DNA of 64,000 bases from the human T2T-CHM13v2.0 reference genome, Homo sapiens. The DNA is taken from the NCBI RefSeq assembly GCF_009914755.1, contig NC_060926.1, one strand, 5' to 3'. Shown here one piece after another: positions 1 to 13,369 of the stretch. The translations under genes and the position numbers were made by a program. Positions within the stretch are counted from its first letter, which is position 1, and each line of letters opens with the position of its first letter. Below the pieces are notes generated by a model. The model had not been told where the DNA came from. It ran no database searches and worked only from the letters and a program-made list of their open reading frames with translations.

Positions 1-956
1 TGGGTGCCTGAGGTCACTTGAGCCATTTTCTGCCTTCAAGTACAACAATGCTGAATATATCTTAGATAGAAGACAATGTACTCTAGAAAACATTTTTATA
101 GCCATTCTCAAGAATACATTGCCATAAGAAATAATTTTCAGTACATGTCACACCACTTTATCACCTCTCCTCTTCTTCCATCACCAATGGAAATGAAAAC
201 CCAGCAACCTTTGTAAATATAACTAGAAATTATCATTGATTACCTTTGTTTTGTATGGGCTAGATGGTCCGTGGCCTTTTTATCTTTTGAGGGAAGCAAC
301 TAAAGATTGTAGAAAAATCACTTAACTAGGGATAAAAAAATATACAAAGTCTGGTCTTAGCTTTGCTTCCAAGCCTTTGATTCAGTGATATCACAAGCAC
401 TGTTGATAATACTTTCATTCAGTGATATAACACTGTGGATCAGAGTTTAGATGCACCTGAAAAAAATATAGGCAAAGTCTGTGGATATAGGGTTGGAAAC
501 ATAACCACCAATTCATTATTATAGAGACAAGGATCTGAATTACTAGGTTAATCTAGGGAAGGCAGGGAAGATCTAGGTAACATTCTTCCATATAGAGTTT
601 AAGATCTGAGATGTCCACGCAAACAAAGTTGGGCATATGTTCTAGCAAATGAACACACATGTGGTTGGGAAAATCCCATCTTCTTAAGGTGGTCCAGTAG
701 CAGGAGAAATGCAGTCTAGGGCTCCAGCTAGGTGGCTGGAACTCAAGGGAGAAGACAGAGGTAAAACAACAAAAGACATGGACTGTAGAGTACAGAGACA
801 AGGTCCAATGCAGCCTCCAGAGACAGAATGATGCCAGAGGGTGGAGACTTAGTAATGGGGAGATTGAGAAACACCCACTTTTGTGAGACTCCAGGAGCAA
901 AATTGGCTTAGGAACCAGGACTGGTCTCACACTGGGAAGGGATGAGGGAATGAGGG

Positions 957-1520
957 TATATATTCATTACCTATTGTTGTGTAACAAATTACCATAAAAC
1001 TTAGCAGCTTAAAACAATATAAATTTATTATTTCGTAGTTTCAGTGGGCCAGAAATATAGGCAACAGGGTCCTTTGGCTTAAAGCCTCTCATGGAACTGC
1101 AATCAAAATATTGCTTAGGGCTGAGGTCTCATCTGAGTGCTCACATGGAGAAGGACCAAGCTCTTCCAGTTGTAGGAAGAATTCAGTTTCTTGAAGGCTA
1201 TTGGATCATGGCTCTCAGTTCCTTGCTAGCTGTTAACCAGGGGCCACCCTCAATTTCTTGTCATATGGCCCTCTCCATAGAGCAGTTAAGAATATGGCAG
1301 CTTTCTTCCTGAAAGCCAACAAGGAAGGCTGTCTGCTAGGAAGATGCAAATCAGAATCTTACACCATTTATTAATGAAAATGAATCTATTATTTTTACTG
1401 AATTCTGTTTGTTAAAAGCAATCACAGGTTCAGCCCACACTCAAAGCTAGAAGGAATTACACAGGTTATCAGTACCAGAAAATGGAGATAATTAAGGGTC
1501 ACCTTAGAGTCTGTCCAATA
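957..1520 (-). mobile_element. MaLR solo LTR, MLT1E/F-like
   Basis: Starts with the antisense MLT1 3' end (ctattgttgtgtaacaaattaccataaaacttagcagcttaaaacaa). Collinear with the copy at 38221-38808. Confidence 0.8.
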
Positions 1521-4499
1521 TGGGGAGCTAACATCTTATCAAGTAACCACTGTAACAAGGTAGAGTCCTCTTAAGTGTGTGAACTTTAGAGGCATGGAGC
1601 CAGGAAGGATAATGTAGTAGCTGGAATTAAAATATCCTCTTTTTCACATCAATTTCTTCAGCTGTAAGTAGACAGGGTATGGATTAAGGTCTCATCTAGT
1701 TCTCTGGTTTCATCCCTTCAGGATTTTCTATAAGCTTATTGTTGAAACCTTTCCCAGTTTTCCAGATTATTTCTAAAATTATAGAGCCTGACATTGTACT
1801 CGTTCTTTTATAAAGGGTCTGCTTGAGTATAATGGGGTTGTAAAGGATGACTATATTCTTAAAAATGTACCTTAGCACACACAGCCATGACACTTCTGAA
1901 AAATAGGGTACAATCTGCATTTTTGTATACTAATACATTTTTAATTAATTATAAAAATTTACCATAAAAGTAAGCCTATCTAAAAAATTATTAAGTAAAA
2001 AAATAAAGAATGAGTGAGAAGGGAGTGCTAAGAGGTGAGGTGGAAGCCAACTGACATTTATGAAGCACAGTTGTGTGCCAGGCAGGATGCTAACAGACAT
2101 TTGACCTTATAACTTTATTTTGAAATGTGAGCAATTACTTTTTCAAAGACTCTCTCATATATTTCATATGTATTTCTTGTTTTTTACAAACTCAACCCCA
2201 GTGTGTTTCTTGCATTTTCTCCAAATTTTCAATTATTTTACATCATCCAACTCCCCTCCTCAATCCCTTGAGATGAATGTTGTAGAAAACGTATCACATA
2301 TGCTTTTGATAGCAAATTGAACTTGTTCAGATTTTTGTTCCCCTAAGCAGGAGGAAATATTTTCTCCTAGGATCCCCATGAGGACTGTCATTCAAATATA
2401 ATCATGAAAACCAGCAAGAAATTGACTGGTTTGCTGTGCCTATGCTACTGTTGGTTGGAGTTAGAACTGAACCTCAGGTGACAGAGATGGTGGTTCTTAT
2501 CTTTCATGAATCAGTGAAGGTTCCAGTTTGTATTGGAGCAGCCCTTTTCTATTGGGTCAGCCTTCTGGCTGGATTCAATCATAGTTTCCAGCCTGGGCTT
2601 GATTCGGTAGCTCAGTATAGACACAGCTTCAGTCCGTGGCCTTTTATTGCTCTAAGACCAGTTTTCAAATAAATAACTGGCTAAATGGTTTCCAGATGCT
2701 AAAAGAAAAACTATACGGATGCAAATATATTACATTGAATTTCAAGGCTGTTTTAAGGTTTTTACTGTACCTAGAGAAGACAGCTATAAAAAATACACAT
2801 CACTTTAGCAGAACATACTTCATCAATTACTCTATTAACAACAACAATGTGAAAAATAAAGGGTGAAATTGAGTATGATAAAGCAATGGAGAAAATGAGT
2901 GTAAACAAGAAATGGAATAAGCAAGGAATTAATATTGAACCATAGCTACCCAGAGTACTATTCAAGTCTTTCTTGAGAATATGATGTTTCTGACCACCGA
3001 TCAATAGGGCCCAGGATTTTGAATCGCTTTTCTCATAATGATGAGGTTTTGGGACATTTGCGATCACGCTCCTCTGCCCTGTCCTTTCTATGACCCACAA
3101 TACACACTCCCAAGATGGCTCTGTGTGGGACGGTAGTCACAGAATAAGGAACCCTCCTGCTAGCAAGCCCTAAAATACTGGGTTCATTAGCACCAGTCTG
3201 TCTGTATTTTGGCACTCCCAGGATGCAAGGTGAGAATAGATTAGTCATCCCTAAGGTTACATGGCTGAGTGCACAAGAGGAGAAGTTAGGATGACACAGA
3301 ACTATTCTCATTATAACAGGAAATTGACATCCAATCAGAAAATGCTCACCTACTGCATTTAAAAATACATAAAGCAACGATCAAATTAGGTGGCAATAGA
3401 AGAAACCGTCTTTGAAAAAGAACAGCTCAGGAGAGAAATTAAAAGATAAAGTTCACAAAATTTAGATTGACATTTGTTTTATGGAAGTCATAACCTTAAA
3501 ATAACAGGATCTCAATTATATGTAACATTTTAAACTACTAATTCATGGCATTTCTCAGGAAGGTAGAAAGAAAAACTATGCTATTGGATTGGACTATAAA
3601 GAACAAAGAAAAAAGGACATTAAGAACTACTTCAATTTACTTTTATAGGAGAAAAGCAGATCATAAAGAAGAGAAAAATAATCTAGCTTCATGTGAACTA
3701 GGAATGCTGAGTCAACTGTCCTTTTACAGAAATCCCTGTAAAGTCATGAATTATGATGGAAACCCTTTGGTTCCTACCAGGTTACATGGTGAATGGGCTA
3801 AAATAATCATGAAGAGAAAAGCCCACAAGCCTTCACGTGAGGAGGGGGAGATGACAGGGATCTGATTCCCTCTGAGCTGGAGCACAGAGACTCTCTCAAT
3901 GATTTTGTCAGTCTGACAGTGTGGAGCAGGTGCTTCTCTGCACGTGTCTGCGGCTGGAGGAGCTAGGTAAAACGGTGCTGCCACGATCCTTTCATCCCTG
4001 TAGGTTTTAAACTCCATGAACAATTTTAACTCTCTCTCATTGGGTTTCTATCTCATTGCCTCTGTATCTGGATGCTCTTGCTTAGTCTGGCTTAAAACTG
4101 CAATTTATGATCTGACTTTTTAAATTTGGGAACTTCTGTTTAGCCCACAGATTCACCTACCTTCTTCAACTCTTCTCATTAAAGTCCAGAGATGAATGAA
4201 CCTTGCCCCAGTGTCTAATACAGGTTCCTGGTGTCCCTGGCCCTAATGTCAACTCCACAGTCTTTAATTTGTCTAAAAGCATAGACTGTGTATATTCTAG
4301 CAGACCCAATTTATAAGAAGACCGAATCACATTCTTATGGATATGATGTGATTCCTAATTATTCCACAGGTACATGTCTCTTAGTGTTGTGCATACATAC
4401 TTTCTAGCCAGCATCTTGCCTCTCCAACTTTGTCCTGCATCTCACCAGACTCCAGGAAAGAAGTCAACTGACAAGTTCAAGGGGAGGCCATAAAACATG

Positions 4500-4675
4500 A
4501 TGCAAAAAAGTACTGGGCAAAGCGTTAGGTGACCTGGGCTGAAAACCTACAGATGCCACCAACTAGCTGTGTGACCTTGGGAAAGATCCTTTCTCCTCTA
4601 GGTGAGGTGCCTCATTTGCAAACTCAGCATGTTAGACTCAGTCACCAAGACCCCTTAAATCTCTGACATCCGATG
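4500..4675 (+). mobile_element. MIR SINE fragment
   Basis: MIR core: actagctgtgtgaccttgggaaag...cctcatttgcaaa. Confidence 0.7.
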
Positions 4676-5406
4676 GCTTTAAGCAGAAAAGACACAGTAT
4701 TTTGCTGTGTTTGAAGAATCTGTATTCTGCAGCTTCTAGGGGAATGGATAGAAAGTGTTAAGAATTTAGTCAGCGTTCCAGTGAAAGAATTTTTGCATCT
4801 TTGCCCATTGTTTTCTTCCTCTGACCTTGCTCGTACCACAAAGTTATAAGAAAAAAGACATATCAATGGCTGCATTTTACATCCATGAAAGAGAACCCAC
4901 CAAGAGGCTTTCCATTCATGCGTTCAGCATCACTACACTGCAAACCAGTGGGATTCTACTGCATTTATTTAAACTTCTGTCATCATCATTGTGAATACAA
5001 CCAGAAGTCTCCTGTGGGCTCCTAGATGAAATCCTGAATGTAAAAAGTAAACAAAGTAAGCCTCTCACTCTCTATTCTCCTGGCGGCACCACTGGTATTT
5101 AATGACATAAGAAATACCTAGAAGCTACAGCTAAGAATGAGCATAAAAGTGACAATCCATGAAGCAAGAATGCACATATCCTAAATTCCGAAATCAGATT
5201 CCATTTTCTCAGGGCATCAGTCAAGCTGAAGTTATATTTTCCTCTATCCTTACAAAATTTACTGTAACAGAATACTTTTTAAAAATAGAAACTGTAGCTT
5301 AGTAAATAGAGTTTACTTCAGGTGAAGTTCGTCTTATGCCCCCATGTTTGCCTCTTCTGTGCCCTTTAGTCCTGAAATCGGCTTTTCTTTCTTCCTTCCT
5401 CCTCAG

Positions 5407-5441
5407 GAACAAAGTATCCCCATGGTCTGTTATGCTCCAGG
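5407..5441 (+). other. Candidate 35-nt exon (unverified)
   Basis: Long pyrimidine tract and acceptor (cttttctttcttccttcctcctcag), then donor AGG|gtaaga. No recognisable peptide. Confidence 0.25.
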
Positions 5442-5784
5442 GTAAGAGAAATAACAAAGGAATACAACAATCCTAATATTTGAAATACTTTTCATGGCCA
5501 ATCTCATTTTGGTATATAGAGCTTGTCAGTTTAGTGGGCAGAGAACTGATCAGTTTTAACCATTCTAATTGCTAGTTTGTTACATTTAGAGCCAGGGGTG
5601 TCCAAGGTGTGGGTTGGGTGGACTGTGTCTCTTAGTTGCAAAGGCAACACGCATGCAGTGTGTCAGGTACGACAGGAGCTGGGGCAGGTGCCTTAGGTAC
5701 AGGACAACAATGCCTATGAAGAAATGGATCAAAGTGGCATCACTCAGAGTTTGAATGAGGATGCCACTGGCATATGAAGAAGGG

Positions 5785-5893
5785 GATCAGGATCACAAAA
5801 CCAGGCTTCTAATCACTTCTCTAGCACCAATTAACTCCTTGGCTTTAGGAGAAAGACTGCATCTTTCTGCATCTATTTCCTCATCTGAAAATT
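5785..5893 (+). mobile_element. MIR fragment
   Basis: Degenerate MIR core ending tttcctcatctgaaaat. Confidence 0.5.
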
Positions 5894-6909
5894 CATTCAT
5901 TGCCTTTTCTAAAAGAAATATTCCACTTAATTCTTATTTTAAAGAATGAATAGTTGGAATGTTCAGGTAAAGAGAAGAGCAAGAGAAAAGGAGCGTGGAA
6001 ATTGGAAAACACTCAGCAATTTAAAAACCAGTAAATCCTCCAATATAACCAGATTTCATGAGCTTGAGAATGAGGCAGATGAGAAGGAAACTCTTTGTAG
6101 ACACCAGCTATGGAGAATTTTTTTTCTGTTATATTGGGGCATCAGAACTATTCAGAGAAGACAGGAGACAGACTATTTTTTTTAAGCAGAAAAATGGCAT
6201 TATCAGGGGGCACGGCTTCTTTTATCACTTGGAGCGTGAATAATACCATATTAATATTGAAATTAATTAGATAAGCCTTCATTGTTCAGATTAGCAGGGC
6301 CTCCTACCCCTTTCTCTAGACCTGTGCCCTACTTGTCTTGATAGTCTAAGAATTGTAGGGTATAGATGAGTCCAAAGAGAATAATCATGCCTCGGAACAA
6401 AAGACTATGCACGAAGTGAAAGAATGAAATCATATGTTTTCTGCTGTCTCTGCTTCTGTCATTGATGTTGAAAAGTGGCATTGTCTTTTAGAAAATTGAC
6501 TTCTCTAAATCCAACGTTTTCCCTGCTCACTTCTGCAAGGACCACACTGTTTGATCTACAATGATTTTTTAAAGTAAAGAGGATGAAGAAAATGGAGGTT
6601 TCTCCCAAAGTTATGACTACTTTATCTAGCATTATACTTGGATAGAAAACTCTACACCACCATCAGCTTGAGCTTTCACATTTTATTTTTTTAAATTCAT
6701 TAATACAGTCATTGCTCCAGGAAAGTTGTATCAGAACAATTGTGGTTATCGACACAAATTCTCTTGACCTCTGTATTCTGTCTTCTCAGGCTAAAAGTTT
6801 CTCCTTGTCCTCATTCCAAGTGCATACTCATTTCCTGCTACAGAAAAAATGACACCTCTTCATAAGGAAAAACCATGTTGTGTTACCACTGTATTTTAGA
6901 TAACAGCCT

Positions 6910-7095
6910 GGAGCAAATTCTCAAAGCACTCGAGCCACCTGCACAAAGGTGAATGACTGTTAAAATACACATGGTTCAGATGGCTGGCTTCCACCCTGAA
7001 CCTAATGAACGGAACTGCGGATGGGATTGGGAATCTGCATTTTCAACACATTCCTCAAATGATTTGTATGCATACCAGACTGTGAGAACCACTAA
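6910..7095. mobile_element. MER5-type hAT-Charlie MITE
   Basis: ttctcaaa start, gggaatctgcattttcaaca internal motif, tgagaaccact end. Confidence 0.7.
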
Positions 7096-7104
7096 TCCAG
7101 CTGT

Positions 7105-7330
7105 TGAGAATAAATAGATGGAGAAGGCATCAGAAATGAGGAGAACAATTAGGAAGTTTTGTAATCACGTAGGCAAGCAATGATGAGAGTTGTTACTTTA
7201 AGTGATTGTGGTAAAGGAGGAGAGGGCGTGCTTGAGAATCATTTCAGATGTGGATTTCACCCACTTGGAGCATTGAGATTGGAGTCCGGTTGAGCTGGCT
7301 TCTGTGTGTATGGTGTCACCATTTTTAGGA
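7105..7330 (-). mobile_element. L2 fragment
   Basis: Purine-rich antisense L2 motifs (gtaatcacgtaggcaagcaatgatgagag). Confidence 0.5.
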
Positions 7331-8014
7331 ATGGTTCTCAGTGCGAATTTCTCCATCTCCTTTGCTTGCAGACCAAGCAGACTACATCTGCATCCAACTA
7401 AGTCAGCCAAACTAATCTGCTGAAAGCAGACAAATCTGCATCAAACTAATTACAGAATTGGGGATGGGGTCAGTAGTTTTAATCACACTTTCAGTCACGT
7501 TTTAGCTATTTATTTTGTTCTCTGCATGAATAAAAGCAACTGGAATATACAAAGAAGGCATCAAGATGGTGCAAATGTGAGGCTGTGAGCTGGGATAGCC
7601 ACCAGGAGCAAGCAGGCCACAGTCTGTTGGCGATCAGAGCAGGGAATGTGAAACTCATTCTGTACCATAGGGAGAGAAGGGCCTGACTGCAGCTTTCCAA
7701 AAACTCAGAAACATGAGTCTGCCACGTTTTTGAATCTTCAGCCTAAAGACACCATAGTACATACAAGGTATCACCAAGGATGGGGACATGGAAATACAAA
7801 GAAACAACAGCCATGCTTTAGGGCAGGAATCCTCAAAATATTCCCTTTTAAGGAACACCGCCTTTCAGGAGGTTAACAGGTTTGTCTCAGTGGCAAACAC
7901 AATAAAATAAATTGCTTGCATATCTTTAGGAAATAGGGGCTTGAATAATGTTAACCAACTTTCTTTACTGCATTACTTTCTGGAGCCTCAAATAGGATAA
8001 TGTGCATAAAGGCT

Positions 8015-8245
8015 GCAGTGTAATGCTTATGAACAAACACCCTGGACTAGGAAAGCTGAAGTTCAGATGTTAGTTTGGCCACACACAGGGAGTGTTGATC
8101 CTCTGTGTTCTTCAGTTTCTTTGTCTATAAAAGGTACGTAATTATCATTCCCAGCATCATTAAGTCATGAGAAATATGTAAAATAATGAGTGCAAGAGCT
8201 TAGCGCAATGCTTGGCACCTGGTAAGTGCTTAGTAAAGCCAGCTT
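8015..8245 (+). mobile_element. MIR
   Basis: cttcagtttctttgtctataaaa core and 3' motif gcttagcgcaatgcttggcacctggtaagtgcttagtaaa. Confidence 0.75.
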
Positions 8246-8604
8246 AAAAAACAAAAACCAAAACAGAAACAATCAAGAGGGAAAATAGCATTTTGTAAAT
8301 TTACTTGACCTAGGATGGTTTGGAAGGTAAGAGGAGGAAATACATATGTATTCATGGAAGAGTATTCTTCAAGACAAAATTTAGAAAATTCTGCACTAGG
8401 AGATACTTATCTTTAGGGGGTAGGTGTCTACAGGATCTTGATATAAAAATATATGATGCTTGTCAAACATCAGCATTCTCTCCAAAGGCCACTGTAGGAA
8501 AATATACTGTGACAAAGCAATCTTTGAATGAATGTGTGAACATTCAAGTCTTGGAAATCTCTGGATGTCTGTAATGTAGGTAGAAGCATGCTGGTATATA
8601 TGAA

Positions 8605-8808
8605 GCAGTAGTTTTAAACTCTGCCTATATTTTAGAATCACAGGGGTAAAGGAATGTGAGAAAGGCTTTAAAAAGGAATTTCAGGATCCCAGCCTCGGAG
8701 ATTATGATTTCACTGGTCTAATTAGAGCCTAAGATTTAGGATTTTTATTTGGTTTTGTCTTAATTTATCAAAGTATTTCTAATATGCAGCAAGGTTTGAG
8801 ATCACTGG
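8605..8808. mobile_element. MER5-type MITE
   Basis: cagtagttttaaact...tagaatcac start and tctaatatgcagcaaggtttgagatcactg end. Confidence 0.65.
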
Positions 8809-9147
8809 TTAAAGGTATAGAGTATGTTATAAATATATTAAATGACTTATTTATTTGATATTTCACAGAATAGCTAAAGGGAAGTAGCCATTTCCCCTAA
8901 AGAAAAGATCGGCATGTACAGATTAGAGGCTACCTGAAGAATTTTCATAGAAAAGTTGGTAGAAAGAACATGAGAATACTTGAGAACACTCAGGGGGTGG
9001 GGTTAGAAATGATGCTTCAGAGGTGAGGTCAAGGATGAGGAATGGGAGATGGAGGCACGAAAACCTTACTCTGCCTGTACCTCTTTTTTGCAGAAGGCAG
9101 CTGAGGGCATGGTAATGAGCCCCGATAGAAGAGAAATGATTACAAAA

Positions 9148-9186
<39 letters not shown>
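9148..9186. repeat. (ATG)13 trinucleotide microsatellite, followed by short (GGT)n
   Basis: Perfect repeat read directly. Confidence 0.97.
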
Positions 9187-9188
<2 letters not shown>

Positions 9189-9481
9189 GGTGGTGGTGGT
9201 GAATATGAGGAAAGTTAACAATTAGTGAGCCTTCAATATATAGTGGGAACTGGATATTTTTCGTATTTACTTCTCAAAAAAAAGGTCTATGAAATAGATG
9301 TCAAATGAGAATATCTAGTTTCTAGTATGTAGTGGTCATTATAACCCTTATCTCCCTTCTATAGACAAATTGGAATACTTTGATCTTTAATAAATTTCAA
9401 AAGCAGGAGTAATTAGGATAAAAAAATTAATTGACTTTCTTGAGGAATTAAAAGCTGGTCAAGTTATAAAAATTCTTTTCT

Positions 9482-9802
<321 letters not shown>

Positions 9803-9827
9803 TTACTGAAAGACAGATAGACAAATA

Positions 9828-9828
<1 letters not shown>

Positions 9829-9861
<33 letters not shown>
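9829..9861. repeat. (AC)16 microsatellite
   Basis: Perfect repeat read directly. Confidence 0.97.
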
Positions 9862-9862
<1 letters not shown>

Positions 9863-12675
9863 CCCTCTCTTATGAACTATTGGCATTAATATCATATGTT
9901 TATTAACGTCCTTAGGAAGAATTCAAGAGCATGTTTTCAGAAGTCAAGGTATTTTTTTTCTAGTTGTCTGTATTGCAGATGTTCTCACAATAAGAACGTC
10001 CAGTTACAAGTATGCAAGGCGTTGACCTGATATCATGTGGAACCTGGTGGTCAACCAGAACACTTGAAATGGAATTCAAATCCAGATGTCAAGGACTATA
10101 GACAGAATAATTCAGCCCTGAAACTCTATTCCTGAGACAAAGGTTATAGACAACTTCTGTCCTTCAACCTTATCCTTGTAATAGTTTGAGAAATTTAGAA
10201 AGAGTCATTTCAATCTATGTTTAATTGTTAATCTCTTAATATAACTGCTGCAGTTGGTTAAAAAGTCTCAATTATTTTCTTAGAAACTCGCTTATGAAAA
10301 GGGAGAAATGCTTGAAAGTCCATTCATTTTGCCTCTGAATAATACAGACCTTCCAGACAAACTATTTAAGAAATGTTTCTTAATTTTCTCACTTACCACT
10401 TTTGAATAATATAAAACAAATCTGTGTTTAGCTTCTGCCAAGACAATGCATTGAGGACTTCCATCGTTCCCTGGGAATCATTACATTGTTTTGGTTTGCT
10501 TGGGTTCAGAGCCCTTGAGATGGCCCTTGACTTTCAGATTCATTTAAACTGCTGAGTTGGGACTGGTTTCCATCTGCGACCATAAAATTGCTTTGAGTTT
10601 CTCCAAACTCAGCCCAGGTTTGCTGAAAGCGCATCTAAGAATTGGCTAGGGTTCACCGCAAGGTTTGCAGATCTATTTGATTATTTAGCTGTTCAGATCC
10701 CAGTTTCTAAATTGCCAGGTGAGAACTTCACCTGGTTGGAGATTAGCTCATCTGGAGGCACTTGCTTGATACCCATGCCTAAGTCTAAAGGCTGCATTCT
10801 TTAAGAGTTAAGGTATCTGAAAGGAGAATACATGTCTCCATATCTCAAAATGCCTCTTGAATTTTTCCCCAGATGAATAGTAAAAGTCTTCTCTTTTCAA
10901 GCCTTTCTGGTATTTAACATGTGCCTCTGTTCCCTGTTAGGTCTTCTATTTCGCTGGAAGTTGCTGGGATTATGTTTTCCAGTTGATTCTGATGTGAATT
11001 AAGGTTTTCCAAATGTGAATGAACTGAAAGATGGTCAGGTTTCAAAATCAATTAGAGACTAAGCAGTGTGTGGAGGCAGTGGGGCATGCATTTAATAGAA
11101 GTGTATGTGTGTAAGCACGAGTAGAAGAATGAATTTTTATGATTGAAGGTCAAAGAATGGAAAATGGAAGACTTTTGAATTATGGAGGGATATATGGGGC
11201 AGTTTCTGGTAAAAATGGTGTGTCATAGATGTAAAAAAATTGAGCTTTATAATTTTAGATTTAATACAATTTAAAAATTTGTCTCTTTAAATAGATTTTA
11301 GAAACAGTGGTTAATTTCATTTTGCCCCCACTTCCCTACTGCATGAGCCCTTGCTAAATCAAGGTTAAATTCAGATACTTCAGAATGATTTATATCTAAT
11401 TTGGAGATATTGTCATCATTATTTTAAAACATATTCTTCACTTGTAATAACTTTTGGTCCTAATGCTACTGATCAGCTACTGCTTATCTATATTCAGAGC
11501 TATTCATATGGCTAAAATGAAAACTAAAATTAGGACTTAAAATTACTTTGAAATGATTATGGCCAACATTTTAAAAGATCATTTTGATGGATCTCTAATA
11601 AAAGTTAGTTTTGATTGTACCAACAACTAGTTTTATTTCGTCTCTGAAAACGTCAATCGAGGTGTTGTTGCTATAAATTTCGCAGTCTAACGGTATAATT
11701 GCATTGAAAAATAAGGAACTAAGACAAAAATAAAATTTTTCCATGTATAATTATGTGGAAAAAATGAAGAAATGTGATAAAAATATAAGTAGAAAGCAAT
11801 TTAATGAGCTGGAGGAATAACAGATTATTTATTTAATTTTCCTGGTGCACAGAAAATGTTCACTTGATAAATGTGCTTATAAGACAGGACTGGTTTACAT
11901 ACACATTGCTAAAATTTTACATAGTCCAATCTGGAGAATAATCACATACGGTTAGTGACACCTTTTAGAAATTTCGTGATTTTGTTCATTTCTAGCTCCT
12001 CCATGAAACCTAGAAAAGTTTTCTACTTACAGTGTGTATGCTAGCCACAGTGATTCAGATGTAATGTCACTAATATCAAAATATGCTACACTATCTGTGC
12101 TGTCTTCTATAATAGGTACAATTCTAGAGAAAAAGTATTTTTCGTGGCTTATTTTCATGTCTTTGACCTCATCATCCGCAGCTGGCGAGATCAGAGATGG
12201 CCAGATTCCATATTTTTGCTAATACATTATAACAATCTACTGAGTTCTCACGCACTTTGAAAATTAATAGGGTTGGTGGAGAATTGTCCTTCTTGATCTT
12301 CCTAGAAGACATTGCTATTTTGGCTTGCATGATATTCTCCCTTGGATGTAAATTTAAGGTCATTTAACCTGTTCTCAGCCACTTCTGGATACCAGCTACC
12401 CACAGTCTAGTACCCAAAAAGAATTCCTATAGAGGCTACTGTGCTCCTCTTGGGATTCATTTTTCCCCCCAAAAAAACCTAATTTAATGTGAAATCACCT
12501 GTAGCAAAAGTGATTAGGCAGGAGATGTCTGAGATTAAACATTTCAAAAGGCATTATCCTTGTCCTCAAATATGTGTATCATTGCTAAGGGACCCAGCTG
12601 AAAATTATTTGAGAAAAGAGGAAAACAATCCACAACATTTGTTTTTGGTTCTCCAATTGTGTTTTCACTACAGGT

Positions 12676-12779
12676 AAATATATATATATATATAAAAAAT
12701 ACAATTTAAATATATATATATATAAAAAATACAATTTAAAAATATATATATAATAAATACAATTTAAATATATATATAT
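12676..12779. repeat. AT-rich ~30-bp minisatellite, ~3.5 units
   Basis: Repeated unit aaa(ta)n-aaaaatacaattt. Confidence 0.85.
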
Positions 12780-12867
12780 CTTTGTATAAAACAGTGTTCC
12801 TGAATATGCTGGCTTCATAGAGAAACTTCTGGAAGTTCTAAAAACAAAAGTTAATAAACAGGTTTCT

Positions 12868-13166
12868 GGCCAGGCACGGTGGCTCACACCTGCAATTCCA
12901 ACACTTTGGGAGGCTGAGGTGGGAGGATTGCTTGAGACCGGGAGTTGGAGACCAGCTTGGGCAATATGGTGAGACCCTGTATCTGCAAAAAGTAAAAATA
13001 TTAGCCAGGTGTGGTGGCGTATGCCTGCCATTCCAGCTACTCAGGAGGCTGAGGTGGGAGGATCACTTGAGCTCAGGAGTTCAAGACTCCAGTGAACTAT
13101 GATCACACCACTGCACTCCAGACTGGGCAATGTAGCAAGACCCTGTCTTGTGGTAAATAAATAAAT
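12868..13166 (+). mobile_element. AluJ
   Basis: J-type motifs gggaggattgcttgag, ctatgatcacacc, gaccctgtct. Imperfect TSD aataaa(c/t)aggtttct. Confidence 0.92.
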
Positions 13167-13369
13167 AGGTTTCTTCTGAAACAGAAGTTTTATTTTACAA
13201 GTCTTGGTTGTAGTGGTTGTTCTTTGCTTTTGTTTTTGTTTAGGAGATTTTGTTTGCATGTAAATATTTTTAAAGCCTCTATTTTTGCTGACTGTACAAA
13301 AATGGTTTGTACACATTAATTTATTCTTTCTCTATTGAACATATATTTACTCATCCATCATTTAGCCAA

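Noticed and set aside
10391-10472. Minus-strand exon-like segment ending GTG|gtaagt
   Set aside because: Weak acceptor and no recognisable peptide. Isolated donors are common by chance.
12025-12220. Minus-strand 62-codon open frame (QKYGIWPSLIS...SLWLAYT) ending at a gtaagt donor
   Set aside because: The acceptor lacks a pyrimidine tract and I do not recognise the peptide. It needs RNA evidence.
12640-12679. Plus-strand ctacag|gtaaat as a recursive splice site
   Set aside because: The donor is suboptimal, the host strand is uncertain, and the site abuts a minisatellite.
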